Of a stretch of 64,000 bases of DNA, positions 9,875 to 20,273 are shown piece by piece. The first letter of the stretch is position 1; the number at the start of each line of letters is the position of its first letter. Location of the stretch: assembly GCA_031421275.1 (NCBI GenBank), contig JANOOK010000012.1, positions 7,773 to 71,772 of the forward strand, in the 5' to 3' direction. Both the position numbers and the translations under genes were made by a program. The DNA is from Sphingomonadaceae bacterium (lineage in GTDB: Bacteria > Pseudomonadota > Alphaproteobacteria > Sphingomonadales > Sphingomonadaceae). The notes beneath the pieces were generated by a model. The model was given only the letters and a program-made list of their open reading frames with translations, did not search any database and was not told the DNA's origin.

Positions 9875-12637
9875 CTACTCCGCCGCCGCCCGGAATTCCG
9901 GCGCGCCGGCGGCGGCGATTTCGAGCAGGCGCTTCTCCAGCCCGCGCAGCCGCACCGGATTGTCGATCTTCTCGCCGGTCAGGTCGGTCAGGTAGAAAGT
10001 GTCGGTGGCGCGCTCGCCATAGGTCGCGATATGCGCGCTGTGGATCGTCAGCCGGGCGTTGAACAGCGCGTGGGTGAGCGAATACAGCAGCGCCGGGCGG
10101 TCGAGCGCGGCGACCTCGACGACGGTGTAGCGGTTCGACGCCTTGTTATCGATGAGCACGTTCGGCGCGACGCGGAACACCTCGGCGCGGCGGCGGGCGA
10201 GCGGCCGGGCAGCGAGTCGATCGGCGAGGCGGACCTTGCCGGTCAGCACGTCCTCGATCGTGCGGGTCAGCCGGGTTAGCTGGGCGCTCTCCGCGAACGG
10301 CCGGCCGAGCGGGTCGGCGACGACGAAGTTGTCGAGCGCCTGGCCGTCGCGGGTGGTATGGATGCGCGCATCGAGGATATTCGCGCCGCCGAGCGAGATC
10401 GCCCCGGCGATGCGGTAGAACAGCCCCGGATGGTCGGCGGCATAGACGCTGACCAGTGTCGTGCCCGACGCCCCGTCGACCTCGCAGGCGATCGACAGCG
10501 GCAGCGCCGCGGCGTCGGCGACGGCCGCCTGGGCGGCGTTCTTGAGCAGCACGTCGGCAGGTTCGGCGATCCAGTAGGGGTCGGCGAAACGCTTGGCGTA
10601 CGCCGCGAACAGCGGTGCCGGCCAGCCGAGTTCACTCGCCAGCGCCGCCTGTTTCGCCGCGATCCGCTCGGCCCGCCCGGTCTGCTTGTGGCCGAGCCGC
10701 AGCACTTCCTCGGCGCCGTTGTACAGGTCGCCGAGCAGCTGGCCCTTCCAGTTGTTCCAGACATTCGGCCCGACGGCACGGATGTCGACGACGGTCAGGA
10801 TCAGCAGCAGCCGCAGCCGCTCGGGACTGGCGACGGTCTCGACGAAATCGAGGATCGTCTTGAAGTCCGACAGGTCGCGCTTGAACGCCGTCGCCGACAT
10901 CAGCAGGTGATGGCGCACCAGCCAGCTGACCGTCTCGGTCTCCGCCTCGCTTAAGCCCAGCCGCGGGCACAGGCCGAGCGCGATCTCCGCGCCGATCTCG
11001 CTATGGTCGCCGCCCCGGCCCTTGGCGATGTCGTGGAGCAGCACCGCCACATACAGCACCCGCCTCGACACCAGCTGGCCGATGATCGCGGTCGCCAGCG
11101 GGTGGTCGGCCTTGAGGCTGCCGGCTTCGATCTGCGCGACCAGCCCGATGGCGCGGATGGTGTGCTCGTCGACGGTGTAATGATGGTACATGTCGTACTG
11201 CATCTGCGCCACGACGCGGGCGAAATCGGGCACGAAACGGCCGAACACGCCGGCCTCGCTCATCCAGCGCAGCACCGTCTCGGGATCGCGCCGGCTGGTC
11301 AGCACGCCCATGAACAGCGCGTTGGCGCGCGGGCTCCGGCGCACCACGTCGCCGATCAGCGCGGCGTCGCGCCCCGCCTGCCGCATGGCGGACGCATGGA
11401 CCTCGAGGCGCTCGCTGTCGGCGAGCGCGAACAGCTCGAGCAGGCGCACCGGGTCGGCGCGGAAGAAGTCGTCGCCCGGCACCCCGATGCGCCCGCTGCG
11501 CAGCGTGAAGCCGTTCAGCTTGCGCGGGCGGCGGGTGAGCTTGGGCAGCCAGCTGCCGCGCGCGAAGCTCTCCTCGAGGTGCGCGAGGAACAGCCCGGTG
11601 AGGTCGCCGACCTGCCGCGCCATCAGGAAGTAATGCCGCATGAAGCGCTCGGTCGCCGACATGCCGCCGCGAGTCGCATAGCGCATCCGCGCCGCCAGCT
11701 CGCGCTGGACGTCGAACGTCAGCCGCTCCTCGGCGCGGCCGGCGATGTCGTGGAGATTGCAGCGCACCGCCCACAGGAAGTTCTCGGCCTTGTCGAACTG
11801 GCGCAGCTCGCCCGCGGTGAGGAGCCCCTTGTCGACCAGCTCGGACACCGACTGCACCTGGTGGGCGTATTTGCCGATCCAGAACAGCGTATGCAGATCG
11901 CGCAGGCCGCCCTTGCCTTCCTTCAGATTGGGCTCGACGACGTAGCGGCTGTCGCCCATCCGCTTGTGGCGGGCGTCGCGCTCGGCGAGCTTCTCGGCGA
12001 TGTAGGCCCGCGCGGTGCCGGCGACGACTTCCTTGCGGAAGCGCAGGCCCGCCTGATCGTACAGCGCCTGGTCGCCCCAGACATAGCGCGCCTCGAGCAG
12101 CGCGGTGCGGACGGTCAGGTCGGCCTTCGCCATCCGCACCATGTCGTCGAGCGAGCGCGTCGCGTGGCCGACTTTCAGGCCGAGGTCCCAGAGCAGGTGC
12201 AGGATCGTCTCGATGACCTGCTCGCCCCACGGCGTCTGCTTGAACGGGGTCAGGAACAGCAGGTCGACATCCGAATAGGGGGCCATCTCGCCGCGCCCAT
12301 AGCCGCCGACGGCGAGCAGCGCGATGCGCTCCGACGCGGTCGGGTTCGGCGACGGGTACAGCGCGGTGGTGGTGAAGTCGAAGATGCAGCGCAGCAGCTG
12401 GTCGGTCAGGAAGGCATAGCTCGCCGCGGTCTCGTGCCCGCGCCCGGGGCGCTCGTGCAGCCGCCGCCGCAGCTCGGCGCGGGCATCGGCGAGCGTGGCG
12501 CGGAGCAGCGTCGCGGCCGCGTTGCGCCGGTCCTCGCGCCGCGGGTGCGCGGCGGCGATTGCGGCAAGCGCATCGGCGAGCCCGCGCCGGTCGACGATGG
12601 CGCGCCGGTTGGGGATCGAGTCGAAGCGCCAGGACAT
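9875..12637 (-). CDS. glnD: [Protein-PII] uridylyltransferase / uridylyl-removing enzyme
   Basis: AVGGYGRGEMAPYSDVDLLFL, EPNLKEGKGGLRDL, HHYTVDEH, LLHDIAKG (HD domain) and two C-terminal ACT domains. Confidence 0.97.
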   Translation of the reverse strand: MSWRFDSIPNRRAIVDRRGLADALAAIAAAHPRREDRRNAAATLLRATLADARAELRRRLHERPGRGHETAASYAFLTDQLLRCIFDFTTTALYPSPNPTASERIALLAVGGYGRGEMAPYSDVDLLFLTPFKQTPWGEQVIETILHLLWDLGLKVGHATRSLDDMVRMAKADLTVRTALLEARYVWGDQALYDQAGLRFRKEVVAGTARAYIAEKLAERDARHKRMGDSRYVVEPNLKEGKGGLRDLHTLFWIGKYAHQVQSVSELVDKGLLTAGELRQFDKAENFLWAVRCNLHDIAGRAEERLTFDVQRELAARMRYATRGGMSATERFMRHYFLMARQVGDLTGLFLAHLEESFARGSWLPKLTRRPRKLNGFTLRSGRIGVPGDDFFRADPVRLLELFALADSERLEVHASAMRQAGRDAALIGDVVRRSPRANALFMGVLTSRRDPETVLRWMSEAGVFGRFVPDFARVVAQMQYDMYHHYTVDEHTIRAIGLVAQIEAGSLKADHPLATAIIGQLVSRRVLYVAVLLHDIAKGRGGDHSEIGAEIALGLCPRLGLSEAETETVSWLVRHHLLMSATAFKRDLSDFKTILDFVETVASPERLRLLLILTVVDIRAVGPNVWNNWKGQLLGDLYNGAEEVLRLGHKQTGRAERIAAKQAALASELGWPAPLFAAYAKRFADPYWIAEPADVLLKNAAQAAVADAAALPLSIACEVDGASGTTLVSVYAADHPGLFYRIAGAISLGGANILDARIHTTRDGQALDNFVVADPLGRPFAESAQLTRLTRTIEDVLTGKVRLADRLAARPLARRRAEVFRVAPNVLIDNKASNRYTVVEVAALDRPALLYSLTHALFNARLTIHSAHIATYGERATDTFYLTDLTGEKIDNPVRLRGLEKRLLEIAAAGAPEFRAAAE

Positions 12638-12734
12638 ACCTTGCAAGATAGGGTATCAGGCCGATGCTGGCTACCGGCGGGCGTGCCACTCCGCTTGCAC
12701 ACCCGCCTTGACTCGTATCATCGGGACGCGCGAT

Positions 12735-12744
12735 TGTGATCACA
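12735..12744. promoter_or_regulatory. Palindromic operator TGTGATCACA upstream of the polyamine operon
   Basis: Perfect 10-bp palindrome downstream of TTGACT (12708); variants occur at three other promoters of the locus. Confidence 0.65.
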
Positions 12745-12810
12745 GACGGGGGCGAGCGCGAACGCATGCCGGCTGTCTTCCCGTTCGCAACTGGCGCTGG
12801 ACCTGATACG

Positions 12811-14193
12811 ATGAACGCGCCGCTGATCGCGATTGCCGGGCGAGAGGAGGCGGAGAGCTTTCTGGCCGCGCATCCCGAGGTCGAGTTCTTCGAGGTCATC
12901 TTCACCAACCTGAGCGGGGTGCCGCGCGGCAAGCGGCTGCGCCGGCACGAGCTGCTGCCGATCTACGAGACCGGGCGATTCCTGCCGGTGTCGATCCTCG
13001 TCGCCGACGTCACCGGGCAGGACTGTCCCGACACCGGCTTGGTCTGGGAGGAAGGCGACAGCGACCGCGTCGCCAGACCCGTTCCGGGCACGCTGGTGCC
13101 GGCACCGTGGCTCGGGGCCGACATGGCGCAGGTGCTGACCTCGCTGCACGAGCGCGACGGCAAGGTCAGCGATCTCGACCCGCGGGCGGTGCTCGCGGGC
13201 GTCATCGCGCGCTTCAGCGCCGACGGACTGGTTCCGGTGGTCGCCTGCGAGATCGAATATTATCTGCTCGACGCCGTTCGGGCTGCCGGGGCGGCACCGC
13301 AGATCGCCAGCATCGGCGGTTCGCGCCCGGTCAATCACGGCACCTACGGCCTGACCGAGCTTGCCGATGCCGCGCCGTTCCTGCGCGAGCTGTGGGCGGC
13401 GGCCGACGTGCAGCGTGTGCCGGTCGAGGGCGCGATCAGCGAATATGCGCCGGGCCAGATGGAGCTGACGTTGCGCCACGGGCCGGATGCGCTGCGGGCC
13501 GCCGACGAAGCGGTCATGTACAAGCGCCTCGTCAAGGGCGTCGCGCGGCGGCACGGCATGGACGCGTCGTTCATGGCGAAGCCGTTCACCGCACGCGCCG
13601 GCAGCGGCATGCACCTGCACGTCAGCGTCAACGATGCCGACGGCCGTAACATCTTCGCATCGGAGCGCTCCGAGGGCGGCGAGGCGCTCGCCCATGCCGT
13701 CGGCGGGATGCGCGCGACGCTGGGCGACGCGATGGCGATCTTCGCGCCCAATGCCAACAGCTACCGGCGGTTTCGCGCCAACAGCTATGCGCCGGTGTCG
13801 CCGACGTGGGGCGTCGATAACCGCACGGTGTCACTCCGGGTTCCGGCCGGCGCGCCCGCGACGCGACACGTCGAGCATCGCGTCGCCGGAGCCGATGCCA
13901 ACCCGTATCTCGCCCTGGCCGCGATGCTGGCGGGCGTTCATCACGGTCTGGCCAACCGGATCGACCCCGGCCCGCCGGTCGTCGGCGATGGGTACGCCGC
14001 GGCCGCGCACGGTCCGCGCCTGCCGTCGAACTGGTTCGCCGCGGTCGACGCCTTCGCCGGGTCGCCGGTGATGGCGGACTATCTGGGGGCACGCTTCGTC
14101 CGCATGTTCAGCAGCGTCAAGCGCACCGAGCAGGACCGCTTCTTCGAGGTGGTCTCGCCGCTCGATTACGACTGGTATCTGCGCGATGTCTGA
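12811..14193 (+). CDS. Glutamine synthetase-like gamma-glutamylpolyamine synthetase (PuuA/PauA type)
   Basis: GVPRGKR, ACEIEYY, EYAPGQME, FMAKPF, GSGMHLHVS, WGVDNRT, EHRVAGADANPYL; sits in a pot/puu context. Confidence 0.9.
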   Translation: MNAPLIAIAGREEAESFLAAHPEVEFFEVIFTNLSGVPRGKRLRRHELLPIYETGRFLPVSILVADVTGQDCPDTGLVWEEGDSDRVARPVPGTLVPAPWLGADMAQVLTSLHERDGKVSDLDPRAVLAGVIARFSADGLVPVVACEIEYYLLDAVRAAGAAPQIASIGGSRPVNHGTYGLTELADAAPFLRELWAAADVQRVPVEGAISEYAPGQMELTLRHGPDALRAADEAVMYKRLVKGVARRHGMDASFMAKPFTARAGSGMHLHVSVNDADGRNIFASERSEGGEALAHAVGGMRATLGDAMAIFAPNANSYRRFRANSYAPVSPTWGVDNRTVSLRVPAGAPATRHVEHRVAGADANPYLALAAMLAGVHHGLANRIDPGPPVVGDGYAAAAHGPRLPSNWFAAVDAFAGSPVMADYLGARFVRMFSSVKRTEQDRFFEVVSPLDYDWYLRDV

Positions 14194-15265
14194 GGCGCTG
14201 TCGCGGCGCGGGCTGCTGGCCGGACTGAGCGGTGCGGCAGCGGCCGGGCTGACCTTGGGCGGGTGCTCGACCGCGCCGGTCGGCGCGAACGGCGAGGAGC
14301 GGCGGCTGGCGCTGTACAATTGGGACACCTACACCGGCAAGACCACGCTCGCCGATTTCGAGCGCGCCACCGGCGTGCACGTCAAGATGAGCCTGTTCGG
14401 CAACAATGACGAGCTGTTCGCCAAATTGCGCGCCGGCAATCCCGGTTTCGACGTCATCGTCCCGTCGAACGAGTTCGTGACGCGACTGCGCCTGTCCAAC
14501 ATGCTGATGCCGCTCGATCATGCGAAGCTGCCGAACTTCGCCAATCTGATGCCGGCGTTCCAGGATGCGCCGTTCGATCCCGGCCGTCGCTACTCGGTCC
14601 CCTATACGTGGCTCGTGCTCGGACTGGGCTACCGCAAGTCGAAGGTGGACCGGGTTCCCGACAGCTGGCGCTGGGTGTTCGACTCAGCTCGCTATTCGGG
14701 CCGGATCGGGGTGTTTTCGGAAGCCGACGACCTGATCCGGCTCGGTGCCAAATATCTGGGTCATTCGGTCCGCAATGTCACGCCCGCGGTGACCCGGCAG
14801 GTGACCGATATGCTGATCCGGCAGAAGCCGCACATCAAGGTGTTCCACCACGACGAGGGCCAGGACCTGCTGGCGGCCCGCGATATCGACCTCGTGGTGG
14901 AATATAACGGCGACATCGCGCAGGTGATGACCGACGATCCCGACCTCGGCTTCGTCGTCCCGCGCGAGGGCACGCTGATCAATTCGGACTGCCTGTGCAT
15001 CCCGCGCGGCGCGCCGCGGCCCGACAATGCGCACCGCTTCATCAACTACCTGCTCGATGCGAAGGTCAGCGCGGCGATCAGCGCGACGATCCGCTATCCC
15101 ACGCCCAATGCGGCGGCGCTGGCGTTGATGCCCGCCGATTACCGCGACAACTGCACCATCTTCCCGCCCGCCGCGGTCATGGCGAGAAGCGAATACGGCG
15201 ACTTTGAGGGGATCGCCCACGCGCAGATGGTCGACGAGGCGGTCACCGAGATCATGGCGGCATGA
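14186..15265 (+). CDS. Polyamine ABC transporter substrate-binding protein (PotD/PotF family) with Tat + lipobox signal
   Basis: SRRGLL...LGGC signal; LYNWDTY, NDELFAKL, FDPGRRYSVPYTW, YNGD, VPREG. Confidence 0.92.
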   Translation: MSEALSRRGLLAGLSGAAAAGLTLGGCSTAPVGANGEERRLALYNWDTYTGKTTLADFERATGVHVKMSLFGNNDELFAKLRAGNPGFDVIVPSNEFVTRLRLSNMLMPLDHAKLPNFANLMPAFQDAPFDPGRRYSVPYTWLVLGLGYRKSKVDRVPDSWRWVFDSARYSGRIGVFSEADDLIRLGAKYLGHSVRNVTPAVTRQVTDMLIRQKPHIKVFHHDEGQDLLAARDIDLVVEYNGDIAQVMTDDPDLGFVVPREGTLINSDCLCIPRGAPRPDNAHRFINYLLDAKVSAAISATIRYPTPNAAALALMPADYRDNCTIFPPAAVMARSEYGDFEGIAHAQMVDEAVTEIMAA

Positions 15266-16164
15266 CCGACGGCCACATCAGCGACGACTGGCGTCGCGCC
15301 CGCGCGATGTTCGGCATCCTTGCCGCCCCGCCGATGCTCTGGCTGCTCGTGTTCTTCTTCGCGCCGCTGGCGATCGTCTGGACCTACAGCTTCGGGGAGA
15401 ACCGCTCGCTGACCGAAATCGCGGTGACCGGGTCGCTCGGCGAATATGCCCGGTCGGTCAAGCCGCTGTATCTCGCGATCATTTGCAAATCGATCTGGCT
15501 GGCGGGGCTGACGACGGTCATCTGCCTGGTCGTCGGCTTCCCCGTCGCGGTCGCGATCACCTTTGCGCAGGCGCGGACCAAGGCGTGGCTGCTGCTGCTG
15601 GTGATGCTGCCGTTCTGGACCAACCTGCTGATCCGTACCTACGCGCTGATGGCGGTGCTGCGGACCGAGGGCTATATAAACTGGACGCTGGCGCTCGTCT
15701 GGAGCGGCGTCGGCACGGTCGCCAACCTGCCCGCGTTCCAGCCGCTCGACCTGCTGCACAACAACTTCGCGGTCGTTTTCGGACTGGTCTACGTCCAGCT
15801 GCCGTTCATGATCCTGCCGTTGTATTCGGCGCTCGACCGGCTCGACCGGTCGCTGATCGAGGCCAGCCTCGACCTTGGCGCCGGCCATTACGCGACGTTC
15901 GCGCGCATCGTCGTACCGCTCGCGCTGCCGGGCATCGTCTCGGGCGTCATCATCACCTTCATCCCCTCGCTCGGTGCCTATCTGACGCCCGATCTGCTCG
16001 GCGGGACCAGCAGCCAGATGATCGCCAACATCATCGAGCGTCAGTTCAAGTCGGCGAACGACTGGCCGTTCGGCGCGGCGCTGTCGTTCCTGCTGATGTA
16101 CATCACCTTCGCCGCCATCGCCTTGCAGGCGATGCTTGGCCGCAGACGCGCGCGTCTGGCATGA
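15262..16164 (+). CDS. Polyamine ABC transporter permease (PotB/PotH)
   Basis: LPFWTNLLIRTYA, LPFMILPLYS, EASLDLGA (EAA loop), DWPFGAALS. Confidence 0.92.
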   Translation: MTDGHISDDWRRARAMFGILAAPPMLWLLVFFFAPLAIVWTYSFGENRSLTEIAVTGSLGEYARSVKPLYLAIICKSIWLAGLTTVICLVVGFPVAVAITFAQARTKAWLLLLVMLPFWTNLLIRTYALMAVLRTEGYINWTLALVWSGVGTVANLPAFQPLDLLHNNFAVVFGLVYVQLPFMILPLYSALDRLDRSLIEASLDLGAGHYATFARIVVPLALPGIVSGVIITFIPSLGAYLTPDLLGGTSSQMIANIIERQFKSANDWPFGAALSFLLMYITFAAIALQAMLGRRRARLA

Positions 16165-17000
16165 CGGCGGCACCGGGACCGCTCGAGTATCTGCGCCGCT
16201 GGCCGCTGCGGCTGTGGCTCGGCGGGGTCGCGCTGTTCCTCTATCTGCCGCTCGCCACGCTGATCGTCTTCAGCTTCGACGACAGCAAGCGGACGATCCT
16301 CTGGAAAGGCTTCACCTTCGGCTGGTACGCCAAGCTGTTCGCCGATACCGACCTGCTGCAGGCGTTCGGCAATTCGCTGACCATCGCGCTGATCTCGACG
16401 CTGATCAGCACGGTGCTCGGGGCCTGCATCGCGGTCGTGCTGTGGCGCTTCCGGTTTCCAGCCAAAGCTGCGCTCGAAGGCGCACTGGCGCTGCCGATCG
16501 TGGTTCCGGAGATATGTCTCGGGGTCGCGTTCCTGGTGTTCTTCACCACCGTGCTGCCGTGGCCGACCGAGCTGCCGTGGCCGCTCAACCTGGGTGCGAT
16601 CACCATCGCGCATGTCAGTTTCTCGTTCAGCTTCGTCGCGCTGGTGGTCCGCGCTCGCTTGGCGAGCTTCGACCGCAATCTCGAGGATGCGGCGCGTGAC
16701 CTCGGCGCGGGGGAGTGGGCCGTCGCCCGCGACCTGCTGATCCCGCACATGCGCCCCGGCCTGATCGCGGGCGCGCTGCTCGCCTTCACCCTCAGCCTCG
16801 ACGATTTCGTCATCACCTTCTTCACCAGTGGTCCCGATACCGTCACCTTCCCGGTCAAGGTCTACGCCATGGTCCGGTTCTCGGTGACGCCGGAAGTCAA
16901 CGCCGCCTCGACCCTGCTGATCGTCGTGACGGTCGGACTGACCGCGCTGGCGCTGCGGCTGCAGGGCACCGATTTCGCCAGGACGGCGGCGGCGACGTGA
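16161..17000 (+). CDS. Polyamine ABC transporter permease (PotC/PotI)
   Basis: FLYLPL, LPIVVPEI, LEDAARDLGA, FTLSLDDFVITFF, PEVNA; ATG at 16161 overlaps the upstream stop. Confidence 0.92.
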   Translation: MTAAPGPLEYLRRWPLRLWLGGVALFLYLPLATLIVFSFDDSKRTILWKGFTFGWYAKLFADTDLLQAFGNSLTIALISTLISTVLGACIAVVLWRFRFPAKAALEGALALPIVVPEICLGVAFLVFFTTVLPWPTELPWPLNLGAITIAHVSFSFSFVALVVRARLASFDRNLEDAARDLGAGEWAVARDLLIPHMRPGLIAGALLAFTLSLDDFVITFFTSGPDTVTFPVKVYAMVRFSVTPEVNAASTLLIVVTVGLTALALRLQGTDFARTAAAT

Positions 17001-18127
17001 GCCGTCCGCCGATCATCCGCTTCGAGGGCGTCACCAAGCGCTACGGGCCGGTACTCGCGGTCGACGACGTCACGCTGGCGGTCGAGGAAGGGGAGTTCTT
17101 CGCGCTGCTGGGCCCAAGCGGTTGCGGCAAGACGACGTTGCTGCGGATGCTCGCCGGCTTCGAGACGCCGAGCGAGGGCCGCATCCTGATCGACGGCGAG
17201 GACGTCGCGCGGACGCCGCCCAATCGCCGCCCGGTCAACATGGTGTTCCAGAACTACGCCGTGTTCCCGCACATGAATGTCGCCGACAACATCGGCTACG
17301 GGCTGCGGATGGGCGGCGTCGGCGGGGCGGAGCGGACGCGGCGGGTCGACGAGGCGCTGGCGCTGGTCAAACTCGACGGCCTCGGCAACCGGCGTCCCGA
17401 TCAGCTGTCGGGCGGGCAGCGGCAGCGGGTCGCGCTGGCGCGGGCGCTCGTCAAGCGGCCGCGCGTGCTGCTGCTCGACGAGCCGTTGTCGGCGCTCGAT
17501 GCCAAGCTGCGCGACGCGATGCGCTCGGAGCTGAGCCAGCTGCAGCACGAGGTCGGCATCACCTTCGTGCTGGTGACCCACGATCAGGACGAGGCGCTGG
17601 CGATGGCCGGTCGCTGTGCCGTCATGAACCGCGGCCTGCTGCAGCAGGTTGCCACCCCGGCCGATCTCTACGAATTTCCCAATTCGCGCTTCGTCGCCGA
17701 CTTCATCGGCTCGGTGAACCTGTTCGAGGGTCGGCTGACGGTCGACGAACCCGGGCATGCGGTGGTTACCGCGGCCGACCTTGCCGCCCCGGTGTTCCTC
17801 GATCACGGCGTTACCGGCGGTCAGGGAACGACCTTGTGGCTGGCCTTGCGTCCCGAGAAGATCGTCGTCAGCAAGCGCAGCGATTGCCCGCCGCCGCCGC
17901 TGGCCGACGAGGCCGACACGCCGCCGGGTCACAATATCGTCGCCGGTACGATCCGCCATATCGGCTATCTCGGCAGCGAGTCGATCTATGACGTCGCGCT
18001 CGGCAATGGCCGCCACGTCCGCGCGCTGCGATCGAACTTGACACGGTGGGATCAGGAGGAGCTGAGCGTGAACGAACCCGTCTGGCTGCGCTGGCATAGC
18101 TGCTCACCGGCGGTGCTGCTGTCATGA
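16997..18127 (+). CDS. Polyamine ABC transporter ATP-binding protein (PotA/PotG)
   Basis: Walker A GPSGCGKTT, LSGGQRQR, LLLDEP, C-terminal TOBE; GTG at 16997. Confidence 0.93.
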   Translation: MSRPPIIRFEGVTKRYGPVLAVDDVTLAVEEGEFFALLGPSGCGKTTLLRMLAGFETPSEGRILIDGEDVARTPPNRRPVNMVFQNYAVFPHMNVADNIGYGLRMGGVGGAERTRRVDEALALVKLDGLGNRRPDQLSGGQRQRVALARALVKRPRVLLLDEPLSALDAKLRDAMRSELSQLQHEVGITFVLVTHDQDEALAMAGRCAVMNRGLLQQVATPADLYEFPNSRFVADFIGSVNLFEGRLTVDEPGHAVVTAADLAAPVFLDHGVTGGQGTTLWLALRPEKIVVSKRSDCPPPPLADEADTPPGHNIVAGTIRHIGYLGSESIYDVALGNGRHVRALRSNLTRWDQEELSVNEPVWLRWHSCSPAVLLS

Positions 18128-18897
18128 CCGCGACTGTAGCAGGCTCGCGCCCGGTGCTGGGGATCGTCTGCTGTACGCGGCAGGTCGGTACCGAACCGGC
18201 ACAGGCGGTGATCAACCGCTATGCCGTCGCCGCGATGCGCCACGCCGACGCCGCGGCGCTGCTGGTCCCGGCGCTTCCCGAGCTGATGCGCGCCGACGAG
18301 ATCGCCGGGCGGCTCGACGGCATCCTGTTGACCGGCAGCCCGTCGAACGTCGGTCCGGCGCGCTACGGTGACGACGCCGCGGATGCGCCGGGGCCCTATG
18401 ACGCGGCGCGCGATACGATGACCGCGGCGCTGATCCGCGCGATGCTCGCCCGGCGTCGTCCGATCTTCGGGGTCTGCCGCGGGCTGCAGGAGATCAATGT
18501 CGCGTTCGGCGGCACGCTGCGGCGCGATCTCGGCTTAACGGCACTGCCTCACCACAGCGCCGACGGGGTGCCGTTCGACGCCATGTTCGCGCATGAACAT
18601 CCGGTGCAGCTGGCGACCGGAGGGGTACTTGCCGCGGCGTTCGGTCGTGATGCGCTGACCGTCAATTCGGTGCATTATCAGGGTGTGGATCGGCTCGGCG
18701 ACGGGCTGGCGATCGAAGCCCGGGCCCCCGACGGCGTCGTCGAGGCGGTCTCCGGGATCGTCGACGGCTCCCCGGTGCTGGCGGTGCAGTGGCATCCCGA
18801 GTGGCGGACCGACGACCACCCGGACTCGCAAGTGTTCTTTCATCTGCTCGGCCGCGCGCTTCGCGGTGATCCGCTTACTCAAGGACCTCGGTCATGA
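18124..18897 (+). CDS. puuD: Gamma-glutamyl-gamma-aminobutyrate hydrolase (PuuD, peptidase C26)
   Basis: LLTGSPSNV, GVCRGLQEINVAFGGTL, VNSVHYQG, AVQWHPEW triad motifs. Confidence 0.88.
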   Translation: MTATVAGSRPVLGIVCCTRQVGTEPAQAVINRYAVAAMRHADAAALLVPALPELMRADEIAGRLDGILLTGSPSNVGPARYGDDAADAPGPYDAARDTMTAALIRAMLARRRPIFGVCRGLQEINVAFGGTLRRDLGLTALPHHSADGVPFDAMFAHEHPVQLATGGVLAAAFGRDALTVNSVHYQGVDRLGDGLAIEARAPDGVVEAVSGIVDGSPVLAVQWHPEWRTDDHPDSQVFFHLLGRALRGDPLTQGPRS

Positions 18898-20273
18898 CGG
18901 TGCAACTGCGCAATTACGACGTTGCCGAACTTCGCCGCCTCGATGTCGCCCATCATCTGCCGGCGCAGCAGGATTACGGACTGATGCGCGAACTCGGCGG
19001 CAGCCGGATCATCGTCCGCGCCGAGGGCTCGACGATCCACGACGGCGAGGGCAACGCCATTCTCGACGGCATGGCCGGGCTGTGGTGCGTCCAGGTCGGC
19101 TATGGCCGGCGCGAGCTGGCGCAGGCGGCGTACGACCAGATGCTCGAGCTGCCGTTCTACAACACTTTCTTCAAGACGGTGTCACCGCCGACGGTGCTGC
19201 TGGCGCAAAAGGTCTCCCAGCTGCTCGGCGGGCACTTCAGCCATGTCTTCTTCAACAGCAGCGGCTCGGAGGCGATCGACACGCTGATCCGGCTGGCCCG
19301 CTATTACTGGCAGACGAAGGGCGAGCCTCAGCGCAATGTCATCATCGCGCGGGTCAACGCCTACCACGGTTCGACGATCGCCGGGGCGAGCCTCGGCGGC
19401 ATGGCGGGGATGCACGCGCAGGGTGGCCCGATGCTGCCGGGCATCGAGCACGTCATGCAGCCTTACGGCTTCGGCGAGGGTCACGGCGAGGACGAGGACG
19501 CCTTTGCCGCACGGGCGGCGCAGGCGGTCGAAGACAAGATCCTCGAGGTCGGCCCCGAGAAGGTCGCCGCCTTCATCGGCGAACCGGTCCAGGGTGCCGG
19601 CGGCGTCATCATCCCGCCGCGCGGCTATTGGAGCCACGTCGAGGCGATCTGCCGCAAATATGGCATCCTGCTGTGCGCCGACGAGGTGATCTGCGGCTTC
19701 GGCCGTCTCGGCAGCTGGTTCGGCCACCAGCATTACGGGTTCACGCCCGACCTGGTGACGATCGCCAAGGGCCTGTCGTCGGGCTATATCCCGATCTCGG
19801 CGGTCGGCGTCGCCGATTTCATCGTCGAGCAGCTGCGCGTCACCGGCGGCGATTTCGTCCACGGCTTCACCTATTCGGGGCACCCGACGGCCGCCGCCGT
19901 GGCGCTGCGCAACATCCAGATCATCGAGGAGGAAGGGCTGGTCGAGCGCACCCGCGACAGCACCGGGCCGCAGCTGGCGCGGCGGCTGGCGACGCTCGCC
20001 GACCATCCGCTGGTCGGCGAGACCCGCTCGCTCGGGCTGATCGGCGCGGTCGAGATCGTGCGCGAAAAGGGCACCAACCGGCGTTTCGGCGAGGGCGGCA
20101 ACGGGCACATCGTCCGCGACCTGTGCATCGAACGCGGGCTGATGGTTCGCGCCGTCCGGGACTCGATCGTCATGAGCCCGCCGCTGGTGATGACCGCGGC
20201 CGAACTCGATCGCATGCTCGACATCATCACGAGCGCGCTCGATGCGGCCAGTCCGGTGCTCCGAGCGCTGTAG
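18894..20273 (+). CDS. Class III PLP aminotransferase (SpuC-like putrescine-pyruvate transaminase)
   Basis: LDGMAGLWC, SGSEA, AYHGST, FIGEPVQGAGG, DEVICGFGR, AKGLSSGY, HGFTYSGHP. Confidence 0.9.
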   Translation: MTVQLRNYDVAELRRLDVAHHLPAQQDYGLMRELGGSRIIVRAEGSTIHDGEGNAILDGMAGLWCVQVGYGRRELAQAAYDQMLELPFYNTFFKTVSPPTVLLAQKVSQLLGGHFSHVFFNSSGSEAIDTLIRLARYYWQTKGEPQRNVIIARVNAYHGSTIAGASLGGMAGMHAQGGPMLPGIEHVMQPYGFGEGHGEDEDAFAARAAQAVEDKILEVGPEKVAAFIGEPVQGAGGVIIPPRGYWSHVEAICRKYGILLCADEVICGFGRLGSWFGHQHYGFTPDLVTIAKGLSSGYIPISAVGVADFIVEQLRVTGGDFVHGFTYSGHPTAAAVALRNIQIIEEEGLVERTRDSTGPQLARRLATLADHPLVGETRSLGLIGAVEIVREKGTNRRFGEGGNGHIVRDLCIERGLMVRAVRDSIVMSPPLVMTAAELDRMLDIITSALDAASPVLRAL

